DNA of 32,000 bases from Mycolicibacterium smegmatis (GTDB lineage Bacteria > Actinomycetota > Actinomycetes > Mycobacteriales > Mycobacteriaceae): assembly GCF_001457595.1 (NCBI RefSeq), contig NZ_LN831039.1, positions 2,220,001 to 2,252,000 of the forward strand. Reading direction: 5' to 3'. Each line of letters starts with the position of its first letter. Position 1 is the first letter of the stretch. The notes beneath the pieces were generated by a model that worked only from the letters and a program-made list of their open reading frames with translations, had not been told where the DNA came from and searched no databases. Positions 1-9,274 of this stretch are shown one piece after another. The position numbers and the translations under genes were made by a program.

Positions 1-792
1 CGTCTGGCCGACCTCCAGCCCGCGGTCGACCTCGCCGAGCACCGCGTCGGCCGGCACCCGCACGTTGGTCAACTCGACCTCGCCGTGGTCGGTGGGCATG
101 TTGAAGGTCCACCAGTAGAACGGCACGTGGAACCCGGGGGCGTCGGTGGGGACCAGGAACGCCGTGATGCCGAGGGCCTGCCCCCGTTCCCCGGAGGTGC
201 GGGCGAAGATCAGGTCATGCGTGGCGCGGTGCACGCCGGTGTTCCACCGTTTGGTGCCGTTGATGATCCAGTCCTCGCCGTCGCGCACCGCCGTGGTCTC
301 CAGCCACGTGGCGTCCGAACCGTGCCCGGGTTCGGTGAGCCCGAACGCCATCGACCGCTTGCCGGTGATCATCGCCTCGACCCATTCGTCTTTCTGGGTC
401 TCGGTGCCGAACCGGTCCATCATGATGACCTGGGGGAAATTGCCGACGATCGACGACTCGTCCTGCAGGTCGTTGTGCAGGCCGAGACCCTTGTGGGCCA
501 GGTGTTCCCGGATGACCGCCATGTCGAGGTTGGTGCCGTCGCGGCCGCCGAACCGCGCGGGCAGGCCGTAGCGCAGCCACCCCGCGGCGTCGGCGCGCCT
601 GCGCATCTCGTCGAGCAGTTCCTCCCACTCGCGCCGCGGGACGCCGCCGTTGTCCCAGTCGGTGCGCGCGTGCTCACGACGATGGTCGAAGTACTGGATG
701 TTCTCGCGCTCCAGCGGCTTGATCTCCGCCTCGATGAACGCGTCCATCTCGGCGAGAGTGTCCCGAAGGTGTTCCGGGAGGGTGAAATCCAC
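1..792 (-). CDS. Acyl-CoA dehydrogenase family protein (partial, C-terminus beyond the window)
   Basis: Reverse translation from GTG at 792 gives MDFTLPEHLRDTLAEMDAFIEAEIKPLERENIQYFDHRREHARTDWDN..., an acyl-CoA dehydrogenase-type N-terminus. The ORF track lists only shadow ORFs here. Confidence 0.8.
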   Translation of the reverse strand, partial: MDFTLPEHLRDTLAEMDAFIEAEIKPLERENIQYFDHRREHARTDWDNGGVPRREWEELLDEMRRRADAAGWLRYGLPARFGGRDGTNLDMAVIREHLAHKGLGLHNDLQDESSIVGNFPQVIMMDRFGTETQKDEWVEAMITGKRSMAFGLTEPGHGSDATWLETTAVRDGEDWIINGTKRWNTGVHRATHDLIFARTSGERGQALGITAFLVPTDAPGFHVPFYWWTFNMPTDHGEVELTNVRVPADAVLGEVDRGLEVGQT

Positions 793-802
793 GTTGATCT
801 CC

Positions 803-1414
803 TTAAAAGCCGTACAGGGTTTTCTTCCAGATCGTCGCGAGGGTCGTGATGGCTTCGCGGTCGTCGAGCTCGACACCGAGCCCGGATGACCCCACGAACA
901 CCGTGGTGAAGTTCTCGAACAGCAATGCGATCGCCGCGCCGATGTGCTCGGGCACGAGTCCCACCGCGTGCCCCTGCTCCTGGGCACGGCGCACCGACGC
1001 CACCACGATGTCGATGCCGAAGCGGCGGAAACTGTTCTGCACCTCGGCGAACCGTTGCTGCGTGGCGGCCAGTTGGGCGACGGCGATCATGATGCCGATG
1101 TTCTGCTTGAACATGTTCCAGTACCCGGTGACCACCGAGGTGAAGAACTCCGCGTCGTCGGGGGAGTCCGGCAGGTGCAGGTTCAGCCCCGAGGGCTCGA
1201 CGACGTCGTGCAGGAACGATTCGGCCAGCGCGGCCAGCAGATCTTCCTTGTCGGTGAAGTAGCGGTAGAACACCGCGGGGCTTTTGCCCGCCGCCGAGGT
1301 GATGTCGGCCAGTGTGGTGCCGTGGAAACCGCGTTCGGCGAACAGCTTCCGCGCGGCCAACTCGATGGCCGTGCGCGTCTGGCGGCCTTTCGAGCCCAGC
1401 TCACCGGATGCCAT
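803..1414 (-). CDS. TetR/AcrR family transcriptional regulator
   Basis: 203 aa with N-terminal HTH: RQTRTAIELAARKLFAERGFHGTTLADITSAAGKSPAVFYRYFTDKEDLLAAL. Confidence 0.92.
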   Translation of the reverse strand: MASGELGSKGRQTRTAIELAARKLFAERGFHGTTLADITSAAGKSPAVFYRYFTDKEDLLAALAESFLHDVVEPSGLNLHLPDSPDDAEFFTSVVTGYWNMFKQNIGIMIAVAQLAATQQRFAEVQNSFRRFGIDIVVASVRRAQEQGHAVGLVPEHIGAAIALLFENFTTVFVGSSGLGVELDDREAITTLATIWKKTLYGF

Positions 1415-1420
1415 GTCGGC

Positions 1421-2326
1421 TCAGCCCAGGATCCGGTCGCCCGCGCGTAACAGTGCGCTGGGCAGGTCGTGTCCGACGGCCCGCTGCGCCACGCGTGCGG
1501 CCTCGATCGCGGCCCGCAGGTCGATGTCGACCCCGATGTCGCTGTCGCGCAGCAGGTACACCAGATCCTCGGTCGCGATGTTCCCGCTGGCACCCGGCGC
1601 GAAGGGGCATCCGCCCAGCCCGCCCACCGAGGCGTCGAGCCGCGTGATGCCGGCCTGCACCGCCGCGTACGCGCTGGCCAGCCCGGCGCCGCGGGTGTTG
1701 TGGAAATGGGCGCCGAGAGGCAGATCGCCGATCAGCGGGCGCACCTGCTGCACCAGCGTCGTCACGCGCCGCGGTGTGGTGGTGCCGATGGTGTCGGCGA
1801 TGGCCAGCCGGTCGGCGCCGTATTCGACAGCGGCCGAGACGATGTCGAGGACACGCTGCGGGTCGGTGGGTCCGTCGAACGGGCAGTCCCATGCCGTGGC
1901 GACGATGACCTCGACCGAGGTGTCGCTGTCGTGCGCGATCGCGACGATGTCGGCGATCTGCGCGGTGGCCTCGGCGCTGGAGCGACCCACGTTGGCCTTG
2001 CTGTGGCTGTCGGCGGCCGACACGACATACTCGATCGAGTGCAAACCTGCGGCGATCGCGCGTTTGGCTCCGTTGGGGCTGGCCACCAGGGCCGAGAACT
2101 CGACGTCGGGGAAGCGGTGGAGCTCCGCGGCGAGTTCGGCGGCGTCGGCCAGCGCCGGAACCTTGCTCGGTGAGACGAACGCGGTGGCCTCGATCTCGCG
2201 CACCCCGGTCGCGACGATCGCCTCGAGGATCTCGACCTTGGCCGACAACGGGATGGGCTTCTCGATCTGCAGACCGTCGCGCAGACAGACCTCGCGGATG
2301 TCGACGTGGGTGGGCAGGTCCATCAC
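1421..2326 (-). CDS. Hydroxymethylglutaryl-CoA lyase-like protein (HMGL/DRE-TIM family)
   Basis: 301 aa; VDIREVCLRDGLQIEKPIPLSAKVEILEAIVATGVREIEATAFVSPSKVPALADA and AHFHNTRGAGLASAYAAVQAGITRLDASVGGLGGCPFAPGASGNIATEDLVY motifs. Confidence 0.88.
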   Translation of the reverse strand: MMDLPTHVDIREVCLRDGLQIEKPIPLSAKVEILEAIVATGVREIEATAFVSPSKVPALADAAELAAELHRFPDVEFSALVASPNGAKRAIAAGLHSIEYVVSAADSHSKANVGRSSAEATAQIADIVAIAHDSDTSVEVIVATAWDCPFDGPTDPQRVLDIVSAAVEYGADRLAIADTIGTTTPRRVTTLVQQVRPLIGDLPLGAHFHNTRGAGLASAYAAVQAGITRLDASVGGLGGCPFAPGASGNIATEDLVYLLRDSDIGVDIDLRAAIEAARVAQRAVGHDLPSALLRAGDRILG

Positions 2327-3525
2327 AGCACCCCTTCGTCGTGCAGCGCCTGCAGTTCGTCGGCCGTGTGTCCCAGCAGCCCGGTGTAGATCTCGTCGTT
2401 GTGCTGGCCGGGCCGCGCGGAGCCGGCGTTGCGGATGGTTCCGGGTGACTCCGACAGTACCGGGACGACGCCGGGGCCCTTGATGTTGCGCTGGACCCGT
2501 TCGTCCCAGTGGTCGGCGATCATGCCGCGGGCCTGCAGTTGGGGATCGTTGACCACTTCGGCGACGGTGTTGATCGGCCCGGCGATCACCCCGGCGTCCG
2601 ACAGCGTGGAGATGATCTCGTCGGGCTGGCGCTGCGCGGCCCAGTCCCCGATGATCTTGTCCAGTTCGTCCTGGTTACGGCCCCGCGCAAGGTGATCGGA
2701 GAACCGCTCGTCGGTGGCGAGTTCGGGCCGGCCCATCGCGGCGCACAGCCTGCGGAACACGGTGTCCTGGTTGGCCGCGATCACCACCCAGCTGCCGTTG
2801 GCGCTCTGGTAGATGTTCGACGGCGCTATGCCCTCCAGACGCGTGCCCGACGGCCCGCGCACCACACCGCCCACGTCGTAGTCGGGGATGGTGGATTCCT
2901 GGATGGCCAAGCAGGATTCGGTGAGCGCGGTGTCGACCACCTGGCCTTCGCCGGTGACGCTGCGGCGGTACAGCGCCGCGAGCGCACCCTGCGCGGCGAA
3001 CATGCCCGCCAGGCTGTCACCCAGCGACAGTGCCAGCCGTGGCGGCGGACCGCCAGGGAACCCGTTCATGTGCCGCAACCCGCTGGCGGCCTCGGCCACC
3101 GAGGCATACCCGGCCTTCCCGGCCTCCGGTCCGGTCTGCCCGTACCCGGACACCCGCACCAGGATGACGCCCTTGTTGTGTTGCCGCAGAACGTCGTACC
3201 CCAGATCCCACTTCTCCAGCGTGCCCGGCCGGAAATTCTCGACGATGATGTCGGAGCGGTCGACGAGCTCGAGGAACAATTCGCGGCCCTTGGGCTTCCG
3301 GAGATCGAGTGTGACGGCTTTCTTGTTGCGGGCGTGCACGGTCCAGAAGAAGTGGTGTCCGTCGAGCTCGGCCTGGCCCCACGTACGCAGCGGGTCCGGC
3401 GCACTGGGCAACTCGATCTTGATGACCTCGGCGCCCATGTCGCCGAGCAGTCGCCCGGCGAACGGGCCCGAGATCAGCGTGCCGAGTTCGAGCACCCGCA
3501 CGCCGTCGAGTGGTCCGGCTGTCAC
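2323..3525 (-). CDS. CaiB/BaiF family (type III) CoA-transferase
   Basis: 400 aa; GPLDGVRVLELGTLISGPFAGRLLGDMGAEVIKIELPSAPDPLRTWG...NKKAVTLDLRKPKGRELFLELVDRSDIIVENFRPGTLEKWDLGYD. 4-bp overlap with the downstream gene. Confidence 0.93.
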   Translation of the reverse strand: MTAGPLDGVRVLELGTLISGPFAGRLLGDMGAEVIKIELPSAPDPLRTWGQAELDGHHFFWTVHARNKKAVTLDLRKPKGRELFLELVDRSDIIVENFRPGTLEKWDLGYDVLRQHNKGVILVRVSGYGQTGPEAGKAGYASVAEAASGLRHMNGFPGGPPPRLALSLGDSLAGMFAAQGALAALYRRSVTGEGQVVDTALTESCLAIQESTIPDYDVGGVVRGPSGTRLEGIAPSNIYQSANGSWVVIAANQDTVFRRLCAAMGRPELATDERFSDHLARGRNQDELDKIIGDWAAQRQPDEIISTLSDAGVIAGPINTVAEVVNDPQLQARGMIADHWDERVQRNIKGPGVVPVLSESPGTIRNAGSARPGQHNDEIYTGLLGHTADELQALHDEGVL

Positions 3526-4751
3526 TGCGCCGCACCCTCGGTCGCCGCGCTCGCGACCGGCAGCGAGAACCCGTGCCGGTGCAGCCAGTCCGTGCAGATC
3601 CCGACGGCCTGGCGCAGCGTGTCGCGCTGATCAGGGCCCGCGTAATAGTGGTTGGCGCCGGGGATCTCGTGCATCTCCTTGTCAGGATGCCCGATGGCCT
3701 CGAACAGACGCCGGGTGTGGCTGGGTGTGCAGGCGTCGTCGGCGAGGTTGCCGATCACCAGCGCGGGCACCGCGATGTCGGGACCGGCCTTGACCGCGTC
3801 ACCGTTGGCGTCGTCGTAGCTCCACTGCGACAGCCAGCTGCGCAGCGTGCAGAACCGCGCCAGGCCGACGGGGGAGTTGTTGACCACCTGGGGATCGCCC
3901 AGATAGCACGTGCCCGGTTTGCGGTCGTTGGGGTCGACGGTCGGATCGAGCCAGCGCGGGTCGGCCATGGTGCCGTGCACCACGAACGCGAACTCGTCAT
4001 CGGGACGCCCGGCGGCCTTGAGCTCGGCGAGTTTCTCCTTGACCCACTTGGTGATCCGACGGTTGCGCGCGATCTGTGCGGCGCGGTAGCGATCGAGGAA
4101 CTCCGGTGAGTACGGTGGCTGGTTCGGGTTGTCCGGGTTGTAGAGGTCCAACTCGGGATCGCGCTTGGTGGGGTCGGACTCGTCGAGGATCGACGCGTCG
4201 AGCCACTCGGTGAGGGTGCCGTGGCGACTGATGTGCGCCGCGAGCAGCATGATGCCGTCGGCCGGGATCAGGCCCAGCTGGGTCAGATCGGGGCCGTCGC
4301 CGGACGGGCTCGCGGTCACGGTCGGGTTCTGCGCCTGCTGCTGGTAGAACACCGAAAGCGAACCGCCGCCGCTCCATCCGGCCAGCACCACCTTGGAGTA
4401 GCCCAGTCGGTTCTTGGCGTCCTTGATGCACTCGCCGAGGTCCTCGACCACCTTCTCCATCAGCAGCGCGGAGTCGGTGCCGCGGAATCTGCTGTTGCAG
4501 TAGATGACGTGGTGACCCGCGCGGGCCAGGCCGTTGATCATCGGCAGGTACGCGCCACCGCCGATCGGGTGCATGAACACCAGGACGGTGTCGGACGGCC
4601 TGTTCTTGGGCCGCAGCAGGTAGCTCTCCAGCACCACGAGCTCGGCGACCCCGCCGTAGACGTCGCGCACTGCCGAGTTGTTCTGGTAGGCAACCAGATA
4701 CGGGATGCGGTCGTATTCGTGTTTGACGGGTGCTTCGGTTGTCGTCGTCAT
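3522..4751 (-). CDS. Alpha/beta hydrolase
   Basis: 409 aa; nucleophile elbow GWSGGG (VVLAGWSGGGSLSVFYQQQ) and GANHYYAGPDQRDTLRQAVG near the C-terminus. 4-bp overlap with the CoA-transferase ORF. Confidence 0.82.
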   Translation of the reverse strand: MTTTTEAPVKHEYDRIPYLVAYQNNSAVRDVYGGVAELVVLESYLLRPKNRPSDTVLVFMHPIGGGAYLPMINGLARAGHHVIYCNSRFRGTDSALLMEKVVEDLGECIKDAKNRLGYSKVVLAGWSGGGSLSVFYQQQAQNPTVTASPSGDGPDLTQLGLIPADGIMLLAAHISRHGTLTEWLDASILDESDPTKRDPELDLYNPDNPNQPPYSPEFLDRYRAAQIARNRRITKWVKEKLAELKAAGRPDDEFAFVVHGTMADPRWLDPTVDPNDRKPGTCYLGDPQVVNNSPVGLARFCTLRSWLSQWSYDDANGDAVKAGPDIAVPALVIGNLADDACTPSHTRRLFEAIGHPDKEMHEIPGANHYYAGPDQRDTLRQAVGICTDWLHRHGFSLPVASAATEGAAQ

Positions 4752-5855
4752 CTAGTGCTGCCCCAGATCGTTGGCCAGGATCTCTTCGGACGGGATGAGC
4801 CTGCGGCGGGTGTCGACGGCGATCACCTTCCAGTCCACGCTGTCGAACTCGTCGAACTTGCGGCGGGCCCGCTCACGCGCCTTCTCGGGGGCGCCGTGGT
4901 GAACCCCCTGTGGCGCATGCGAGATCAAGCCGGGCGGCATGGGGATCCCGTACAGCGACCCGCCGTGGAAGAACGCGATCTCGTCGTAGTCGACGTTGCG
5001 GTGGTACCACGGTGTGCGCTCGGTGCCGGGCACGCCCTCGGCCGGCTTGGGCAGGAAGTTCATGATGTAGACGCCGGTGGCCTGCATGAACAGGTGCACC
5101 GTCGGGGGCAGGTGCACGCTGTCGGAGGTGACGACGTTGTAGTCCTCGATGTTGAAGGTGAAGGCGAAGTTGTCCCCGCGCCAGCCCTCCACGTCGAGCG
5201 GATGGTGTTGGTAGAACAACGTCGTCGGGCCGCCATCGTGGATGAGGCGCACCTCGTACTCACCGTCGGTCTGCGGGCCGGTGCCGTCGTCGATGGGCTG
5301 CGGGTCGGGGATCACGGCCTGCGACGGGTCGAACGGGAAGTGCCTGCCGAGCGTTCCGGGTGGCGGCACCCGGAACTCGTCGGTCGCCTGGATCATCAGC
5401 AGTGTCGACTCGTCATCGGGGATCTGGCGCCACGTACACGCCTTGGGGATGTAGATCCAGTCGCCCTCGCGGTAGCGCAGCGGCCCGAACTCGGTCTCCA
5501 GCAGGCCGGATCCCTTGTGCACGAACGACAGCAGATCGCCGTCGACATGGCGGACGAAGAACGGCATCTCCTGGCTGCGGCGCGACAGCAGCACTTGGCA
5601 GTCGGGGTTGGAGAACATGAGCAGCGGGCCGCCGTGCGCGTCGGTGGCGTCGCTGGGCTTCAGCTCGGAGGACAGGACGTCGGTGGGGCGCAGGGGTCCG
5701 ACGCTGCGGTAGGCGGTCGGGTCGTTGCGCCGGTACATGTTTGCGGTGCGCCCGGTGAATCCGCCGCGGCCCAGCTCGTCGTCTTTGAGGCCCTCCAGAT
5801 CGGCGTGCAGTCGCTTCGGGGTTCTGCCTTTACGCAGGTGGATAAATGATTCCAT
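4752..5855 (-). CDS. Homogentisate 1,2-dioxygenase-like cupin protein
   Basis: The ORF is open from 5906, but the likely start is ATG at 5855 (MESFIHLRKGRTPKRLHADLEG). Contains ERTPWYHRNVDYDEIAFFHGG and LISHAPQGVHHGAPE, resembling the HGD metal-site region. The stop codon abuts the next gene's start. Confidence 0.8.
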   Translation of the reverse strand: MESFIHLRKGRTPKRLHADLEGLKDDELGRGGFTGRTANMYRRNDPTAYRSVGPLRPTDVLSSELKPSDATDAHGGPLLMFSNPDCQVLLSRRSQEMPFFVRHVDGDLLSFVHKGSGLLETEFGPLRYREGDWIYIPKACTWRQIPDDESTLLMIQATDEFRVPPPGTLGRHFPFDPSQAVIPDPQPIDDGTGPQTDGEYEVRLIHDGGPTTLFYQHHPLDVEGWRGDNFAFTFNIEDYNVVTSDSVHLPPTVHLFMQATGVYIMNFLPKPAEGVPGTERTPWYHRNVDYDEIAFFHGGSLYGIPMPPGLISHAPQGVHHGAPEKARERARRKFDEFDSVDWKVIAVDTRRRLIPSEEILANDLGQH

Positions 5856-5983
5856 GAAGTGGCTCCGGTAGGCGGGGGAAGTGGGGTCCGGTGTGGAACT
5901 CAACAAAACTGAAACTGACGTTACTTTTATCTATGTTCGGTGGCAAGGCCTGACTTCAAACGTTGTCAAACGCCGTCGACGGC

Positions 5984-6580
5984 TCACAGCAGTCCCTCGG
6001 CACGGAACATGCGGTCGTAGATCTCGCGGATGACGGGCTGTTTGCGTGCGTTGTAATCCATCACGTGACCGCCCCCTGGCACGGCCGCGCGTTTGGCGTT
6101 CTCGTAACTCTCGCGGTCGTCGGGATGGCTGCGCAACCAGTCGCGGAACATCCGGTGGCGGACCACCTCGGGGCAGTCGGGTCCGAACACGTGCAGGTTG
6201 GCTCGCGGCACGTCGAGGCGCAGGCAGCGGTGTTGATGCCAGCCGGGCTCACGCACCGTCAGGCGGTAACCCAGATTCTGCAGTGCCGGAACGTATGCCG
6301 ACTCGTCGCGCGGATCCCCGACCGTGAGATCGATGTCGATGACGTCCTTGGCGGCCAGTCCGGGCACCGACGTCGACCCCACATGGTCCAGATCGAGGAC
6401 CACGGGCCCCAGTGCTGCGCGGATCTGCTCGGCGAGGCGGCGGTAACGGGCCGGCCACCGCGGGTCGGGGGCGACGATCGCGACGGGTTCGTCCGGTGGA
6501 GGTCCGTCGACCCACGGGCTCTCGACGGGATCGGGATCGTGGTGCCGGGTGATCTCGTGACGGGTGGGCACGCGCTCCAC
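5984..6580 (-). CDS. GrpB family protein (nucleotidyltransferase-like UPF0157)
   Basis: 198 aa; PVAIVAPDPRWPARYRRLAEQIRAALGPVVLDLDHVGSTSVPGLAAKDVIDIDLTV...FRDWLRSHPDDRESYENAK is characteristic. Confidence 0.88.
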   Translation of the reverse strand: MERVPTRHEITRHHDPDPVESPWVDGPPPDEPVAIVAPDPRWPARYRRLAEQIRAALGPVVLDLDHVGSTSVPGLAAKDVIDIDLTVGDPRDESAYVPALQNLGYRLTVREPGWHQHRCLRLDVPRANLHVFGPDCPEVVRHRMFRDWLRSHPDDRESYENAKRAAVPGGGHVMDYNARKQPVIREIYDRMFRAEGLL

Positions 6581-6590
6581 GCTAACCGCG

Positions 6591-7808
6591 TCAGATCATC
6601 GCGATGGGCGAGATCTTCATCCCGATCGACAGTGCGCCCGCGAGTTCACAACTCGTGTCGTGGTCGAAGATGACGTGCCCCGAGAGCACCCCGACGTCGC
6701 GGCTGATCCGTTGCAGCGGATTGTCCAGGAAGTGGGCACTGGCACCGGACGAGGCGAGCAGCAGCGCGATCACCGCGCGTGACTCACGCACGATGTGCGC
6801 CGCGGCCAGTCTGGCCTGCGCGCGGACCTCGCGTGACACCGGATCGCCGGCCGTCACGGTGTCCTCGATCTCGCCGACGGTGTCGGCCAGCAGGCCCCGC
6901 AACGCGCGCAGTCGCACCCGGGCCTCGCCGAGGTGGGCGACCGCGGCCGGTTTGTCCTTCTGTTTGACGCCCTCATAGGCGATGACGCGCTCGGAGAGGC
7001 GCTGGGCGTAGATCTCGACCGCACGCTCGGCGCTGCCGAGCGCGGGCATCGCCGCCAACAATGCCAACGCGGGCACCATCGGCCAGCGGTAGGTGGCGGC
7101 GTCGTGCACCTTCGCGCCCGGAGCGGTGCCCGTGTAGACGTCGATCACGCTCACCAGTCGGTGTTCGGGCACGAAGGCGTCGGTGACCACGACGTCGTTG
7201 GATCCGGTGGCCCGCATTCCGTCGGTGTGCCACACGTCCACGACCTCGATGTCGGACGCGGGCAACAGCGCGAGCGCGGGGTAGATCGCGTCATCGGGCC
7301 CGCACAACGCACCCACCATGATCCAGTTGGCGTGCATGACGCCGGTCGCCCACGACCACCGGCCACTGAGCCGCACGCCGCCCTCGGTAGGCAGGCCGCG
7401 GCCGTTCGGCGCCAGCGGCGCCGGTGCGAGGAAAGGTCGCGTGGCGTAGGCCTCGGCCTGGGCCTGCTCGCCGAACAACGCCAGCATCCAGTTGTGCAGT
7501 GCGAGGAAGCCGATGGTCCACGCGCTCGACGCGCAGCCGTGCGCCATCCGTCGGACCGGATCGAGCAGTGCGGGAAAGTCGGCCTGCTGCCCGCCGAAGC
7601 GGGCCGGCGTGAGCAGTTCGGTGAACCCGGACGCCGCGAGATCGGTCATCGTAGCGTCGGGTAGACGTCGCAGTTCCTCGGCTTCGCGGGCCCGTTCGGC
7701 CAGCCGCGTCACGAATTCGTCAGTAATGGCCGACGTCGTCGCGGCGGCGGCGCCCGATACGGATATGGTCACGGCCGCGGACGTTACCATACTTTTTAGT
7801 ATGTTCAC
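6591..7808 (-). CDS. Acyl-CoA-dehydrogenase-fold flavin-dependent monooxygenase (group D / HsaA-like)
   Basis: 405 aa ORF; LLTPARFGGQQADFPALLDPVRRMAHGCASSAWTIGFLALHNWMLALFGEQAQAE ... IFDHDTSCELAGALSIGMKI. The start is uncertain because a palindrome overlaps the first codons; ATG 7790 or GTG 7772 are alternatives. Confidence 0.82.
   Translation of the reverse strand: MNILKSMVTSAAVTISVSGAAAATTSAITDEFVTRLAERAREAEELRRLPDATMTDLAASGFTELLTPARFGGQQADFPALLDPVRRMAHGCASSAWTIGFLALHNWMLALFGEQAQAEAYATRPFLAPAPLAPNGRGLPTEGGVRLSGRWSWATGVMHANWIMVGALCGPDDAIYPALALLPASDIEVVDVWHTDGMRATGSNDVVVTDAFVPEHRLVSVIDVYTGTAPGAKVHDAATYRWPMVPALALLAAMPALGSAERAVEIYAQRLSERVIAYEGVKQKDKPAAVAHLGEARVRLRALRGLLADTVGEIEDTVTAGDPVSREVRAQARLAAAHIVRESRAVIALLLASSGASAHFLDNPLQRISRDVGVLSGHVIFDHDTSCELAGALSIGMKISPIAMI
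7786..7805. promoter_or_regulatory. Inverted repeat, putative operator of the flavin monooxygenase gene
   Basis: ACCATACT-TTTT-AGTATGTT; the inner 6 bp arms CATACT/AGTATG are perfect. It lies at the 5' end of the minus-strand gene. Confidence 0.45.
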
Positions 7809-8206
7809 TCGATGGACGAGGGGAAACGGACCGTTTGATCAGGGATCGGCGTCGATCGGATAACCCTCTGGCCACCGGTTGTGAACGCAACGATCACGGC
7901 CGACGTCTTTCATAAGTGGACCCGAATGCGCCTCCGCCGAATTTGACACGTGTTTTACCTGGCAGAGCGCTTGCAACCCCCGTGGAAGGGAAAAAGAATT
8001 CATCTCCGGCCATTTACAGAAGTGCAGTTCGGCGGCGCGTCGCGGGTTTTCCCTGCAAGCGGGCCCATGATTTACTCAGGGACGCACAACAGAATCTCTC
8101 GGTCCGCTCAGAGACACCGGACTCCATCGAGCGGGCGCGGCATCGTGGCGAAACCTTTCGCCGCGAGGTCGCAACGTGATCGACGATCCCCAGTGGGCGT
8201 ATATGA

Positions 8207-9208
<1,002 letters not shown>

Positions 9209-9219
9209 ACCCGTATCAC

Positions 9220-9260
9220 ACGAAATCGCCCAGAACACCTTGTGTTCTGGGCGATTTCGT
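9220..9260. terminator. Probable bidirectional intrinsic terminator
   Basis: Perfect 19-bp arms ACGAAATCGCCCAGAACAC - CTT - GTGTTCTGGGCGATTTCGT between convergent genes. There is no long T-tract. Confidence 0.8.
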
Positions 9261-9274
9261 ATCTGCAGGAGGTT

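Noticed and set aside
85-849. 254-aa plus-strand ORF at the left edge
   Set aside because: The minus strand encodes an acyl-CoA dehydrogenase N-terminus (GTG 792). The plus ORF has no domain-like features.
4221-5849. 542-aa plus-strand ORF, the longest in the left region
   Set aside because: It is antisense to two well-supported genes (alpha/beta hydrolase and HGD-like). The sequence is V/A/R/H/G/D-rich with no recognisable domain, typical of high-GC shadow ORFs.
7916-8179. Small plus ORFs in the Ag85 upstream region (7916-8179, 7950-8234) and a minus ORF (8014-8418)
   Set aside because: No domain features or convincing start context; more likely the Ag85 5' regulatory region.
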